From the NCBI RefSeq assembly GCF_006345805.1, contig NC_043011.1, positions 55,068,464 through 55,132,463 of the forward strand: a DNA stretch of 64,000 bases, written 5' to 3'. Of the stretch, positions 61,784 through 64,000 are shown one piece after another. The notes beneath the pieces were generated by a model, which worked only from the letters and a program-made list of their open reading frames with translations, was not told the DNA's origin and did not search any database. The stretch is from Octopus sinensis (taxonomy: Eukaryota). The stretch's first letter is position 1; each line of letters opens with the position of its first letter. The position numbers and the translations under genes were made by a program.

Positions 61784-63045
61784 TTACTGACACCCACAGT
61801 GTGTTGTCGGACAATAGTTATTAGCACAGTTTATCTGACACCAAACTGTAGAACCAGGAACTATTCTGAAAAGGCCGATAGCTCCACACGAGATTATTTG
61901 TCGACAATCGCAGTTACACACAGATAATTGGCAGCCCTGATTCCTACACGTTTTCTCACACCAAGACGATATTCCTTTCATGTAACGATAGATACCACGT
62001 CCTCTGCATCTAAGTCTTTTACGATGACCACTACAATGCGGTAATCCCTGAAAAATATCTGTTATCAAAGAACAGGATTCCACAGTCACACACTGTATAG
62101 TTCCGTTCCGAGTTTGGCTACATTCAATTTTTTTTTCGCATTCATGCTTCGTCACGGCACAATTCTCACCATCTGTACAATTATTCTCCTCTTTTGTTTT
62201 CGTCGTATCAGAACGTTTAGGAATGGAATCATTCGTCCCCGTTGAATGCTGTCGTATTGCTGTTGTTGGAATTATTGTTAAATCAATCTTTTCTGTTGCC
62301 GTGAGTTGTTTATTTGTCTCATCTATTTTCGATGAAACCATTGTATTGGTTTTGCCAATCGGACTATCTAGAGAATTGTTTGTTTTTTCAGCCCCTGGGT
62401 AGTTATTTTTTGTTGACAACTGGGGTGGGGCTGTGATGGGAAGTAATTCCTCTGAAACCAAAGAATCTGAAAAAGAACCTGGAGGTTCGGTTGCAGTTTT
62501 TTGCCGCTCACCCTTCTTTCGAATTTGATTTATCGCATTCAGTTTTTGTGAATCCAAAATAGTTGTAGATGGTTCAACAGAAAACGCATTTGACCTATGG
62601 TCACCTGATTGTACGTCACCTGATCCGTAGTCACTGAAATCGCTTGGTTCCAATAGATTTAAATAATGCCCTGATGCGGAGCCAGGCTCAGACATACTTA
62701 ATCGATTCTCATGAAGAGCTCCGTGCGATGCTAGTAAATTTTCTGACATTAGCAATGGGGCCGAAATACTTTTGGTCCCAACTGAACTGGAATCGTTTTT
62801 GCTAAACTGTGATTGCAGCGCACTTCGTTGCCTGCATATCTCATTTGGTTTACAAATTTTAGAAGATAAGCGTAACGCATTTCTTTTCTTTCTTCTTTTC
62901 CCATTCTTTCTAGTATTTTGGAGTTTCGTCTCTTCTTCTTCAGCGCCATTATTGGGGATTAATTTATCAAAAGCAATATCTGCACAATTGTAAAACTGCA
63001 TTTCATAACCACAAACACGTCCCTCACTGCCACTTCTACAACGAC
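61784..63045 (-). CDS. Last exon of an AA15-type LPMO (chitin-binding type-4 domain) gene: domain C-terminus, Ser/Thr linker, tandem Cys modules
   Basis: Acceptor tttcatatttcag at 63046-63047 extends the 405-aa ORF upstream in frame to (G)RCRSGSEGRVCGYEMQFYNCADIAF, which matches the recalled AA15 ending WG.C......CG.QE.F..CADI.I. The C-terminus has two C-x14-WC-x3-C-x4-C-x4-C-x-C repeats. Confidence 0.75.
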
Positions 63046-63149
63046 CTGAAATATGAAATCAAAAATCCTTATTTATAGACAAAATAAAAATACATATTTA
63101 TAGACTAAACAGAGACACTTATTTAGGTTAAAGCTAACCAGAGTAAAGT

Positions 63150-63760
63150 CAGAGCAAGGTTCACCCAATTTGATAGAGTAGATTTTTATCTGTATCTATC
63201 GAAAGGGTTTCTAGTTAAGGCGCTTATGTTCGCTAGGAATTTTACTGAGATTAGTGCTAAGGACATAGACGTGATTATGCACGCTAGGAAAATGCTGCTG
63301 TTCGACAAAGGTTTGGTCTGGGTCAAAGAAACCAACCCAGTAAGCTCCTTCAATGTGATGATTCGACAGCCCGAATGTCTGCGATCTCATAGGATTGTAT
63401 ATACTAGACACCTTAACGAAGGGGTTCCCGTCAGTCATTTTTGGTCTGTACAGCGATGTTTGTCAAATTAAAAAGGTTGGGGAGAGAAATAAAACACGAA
63501 GCAGCAGAAATGCACAGAATAGCAATGAAATATTTGGTCATTGCGTTGTCAGGGACTGTACAGGTAAAAATCTGCGGTGGCGATGAAACCGTTGAAGATA
63601 TGAAAGGTCGTAGACGATCTTCTGCGTTTAACAGCAACCGTTTAAGAGATAATATTGAAATTGACCAACGCAAAACAAGTCAGGAGTTTGTAGTAGAAAT
63701 AGAATATTGACCATTCAAAAGTTGGTCAATAATTGCATCGCCTTGGGCATTGTAAAAAGT
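63150..63760 (+). mobile_element. Penelope-like RT fragment in the LPMO intron
   Basis: FDRVDFY..LVKALMFARNFTEISAKDIDVIMHARKMLLFDKGLVWVK..FNV....DLIGLYILDTL...FGLYSD. Confidence 0.85.
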
Positions 63761-64000
63761 ACTCGGATTTAATTAAACTGATTCACATAATATGTAATTT
63801 TTAAAAAAGAAGTAAAACTTTGGACATCGGTTATAATAATGTAGTTTTTCAGTCTTATTGCTATGAATGTATGATGTTATGGAGGAAAAAGTTACACAGG
63901 TTTAAAAATCGAAAAAAAAAACTGTATATTTTTAGTCAATAGCGAGACAGAAATTTTCTGCGTTTAGCGGAGCGGTGTCAACTATAAGGTTTTATAGCTT

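Overview
AT-rich, microsatellite- and transposon-dense animal DNA. The repeat content suggests an octopod cephalopod (inference). Almost all ORFs in the supplied track are artefacts of simple repeats or transposon debris; the real genes are spliced and were reconstructed by hand. (1) A tropomodulin gene on + (8 coding exons, 6515-14865; the N-terminal exon was not found in the window). (2) An apparently unnamed single-pass membrane protein gene on the minus strand, invisible in the ORF track. It has a Sushi/CCP-like exon (40940-41052), a transmembrane exon (36672-36822) and a cytoplasmic tail built from about 7-10 tiny, frame-preserving phase-2 exons, with a likely stop at 20340. (3) The last exon (61784-63045, minus) of an AA15-type lytic polysaccharide monooxygenase-like gene. 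It has an apparently substituted second-sphere Glu, a polybasic site, a long Ser/Thr linker and two tandem 6-Cys modules. Non-coding highlights: two hammerhead-ribozyme motifs with intact cores (757-840 at a Penelope end; 37836-37881, sense-oriented in an intron of gene 2), several long fold-back structures, a solo LTR whose empty site is present in the same window, and an apparent CpG/repeat-content boundary near 35-37 kb. Coordinates were counted by hand; repeat boundaries are approximate.
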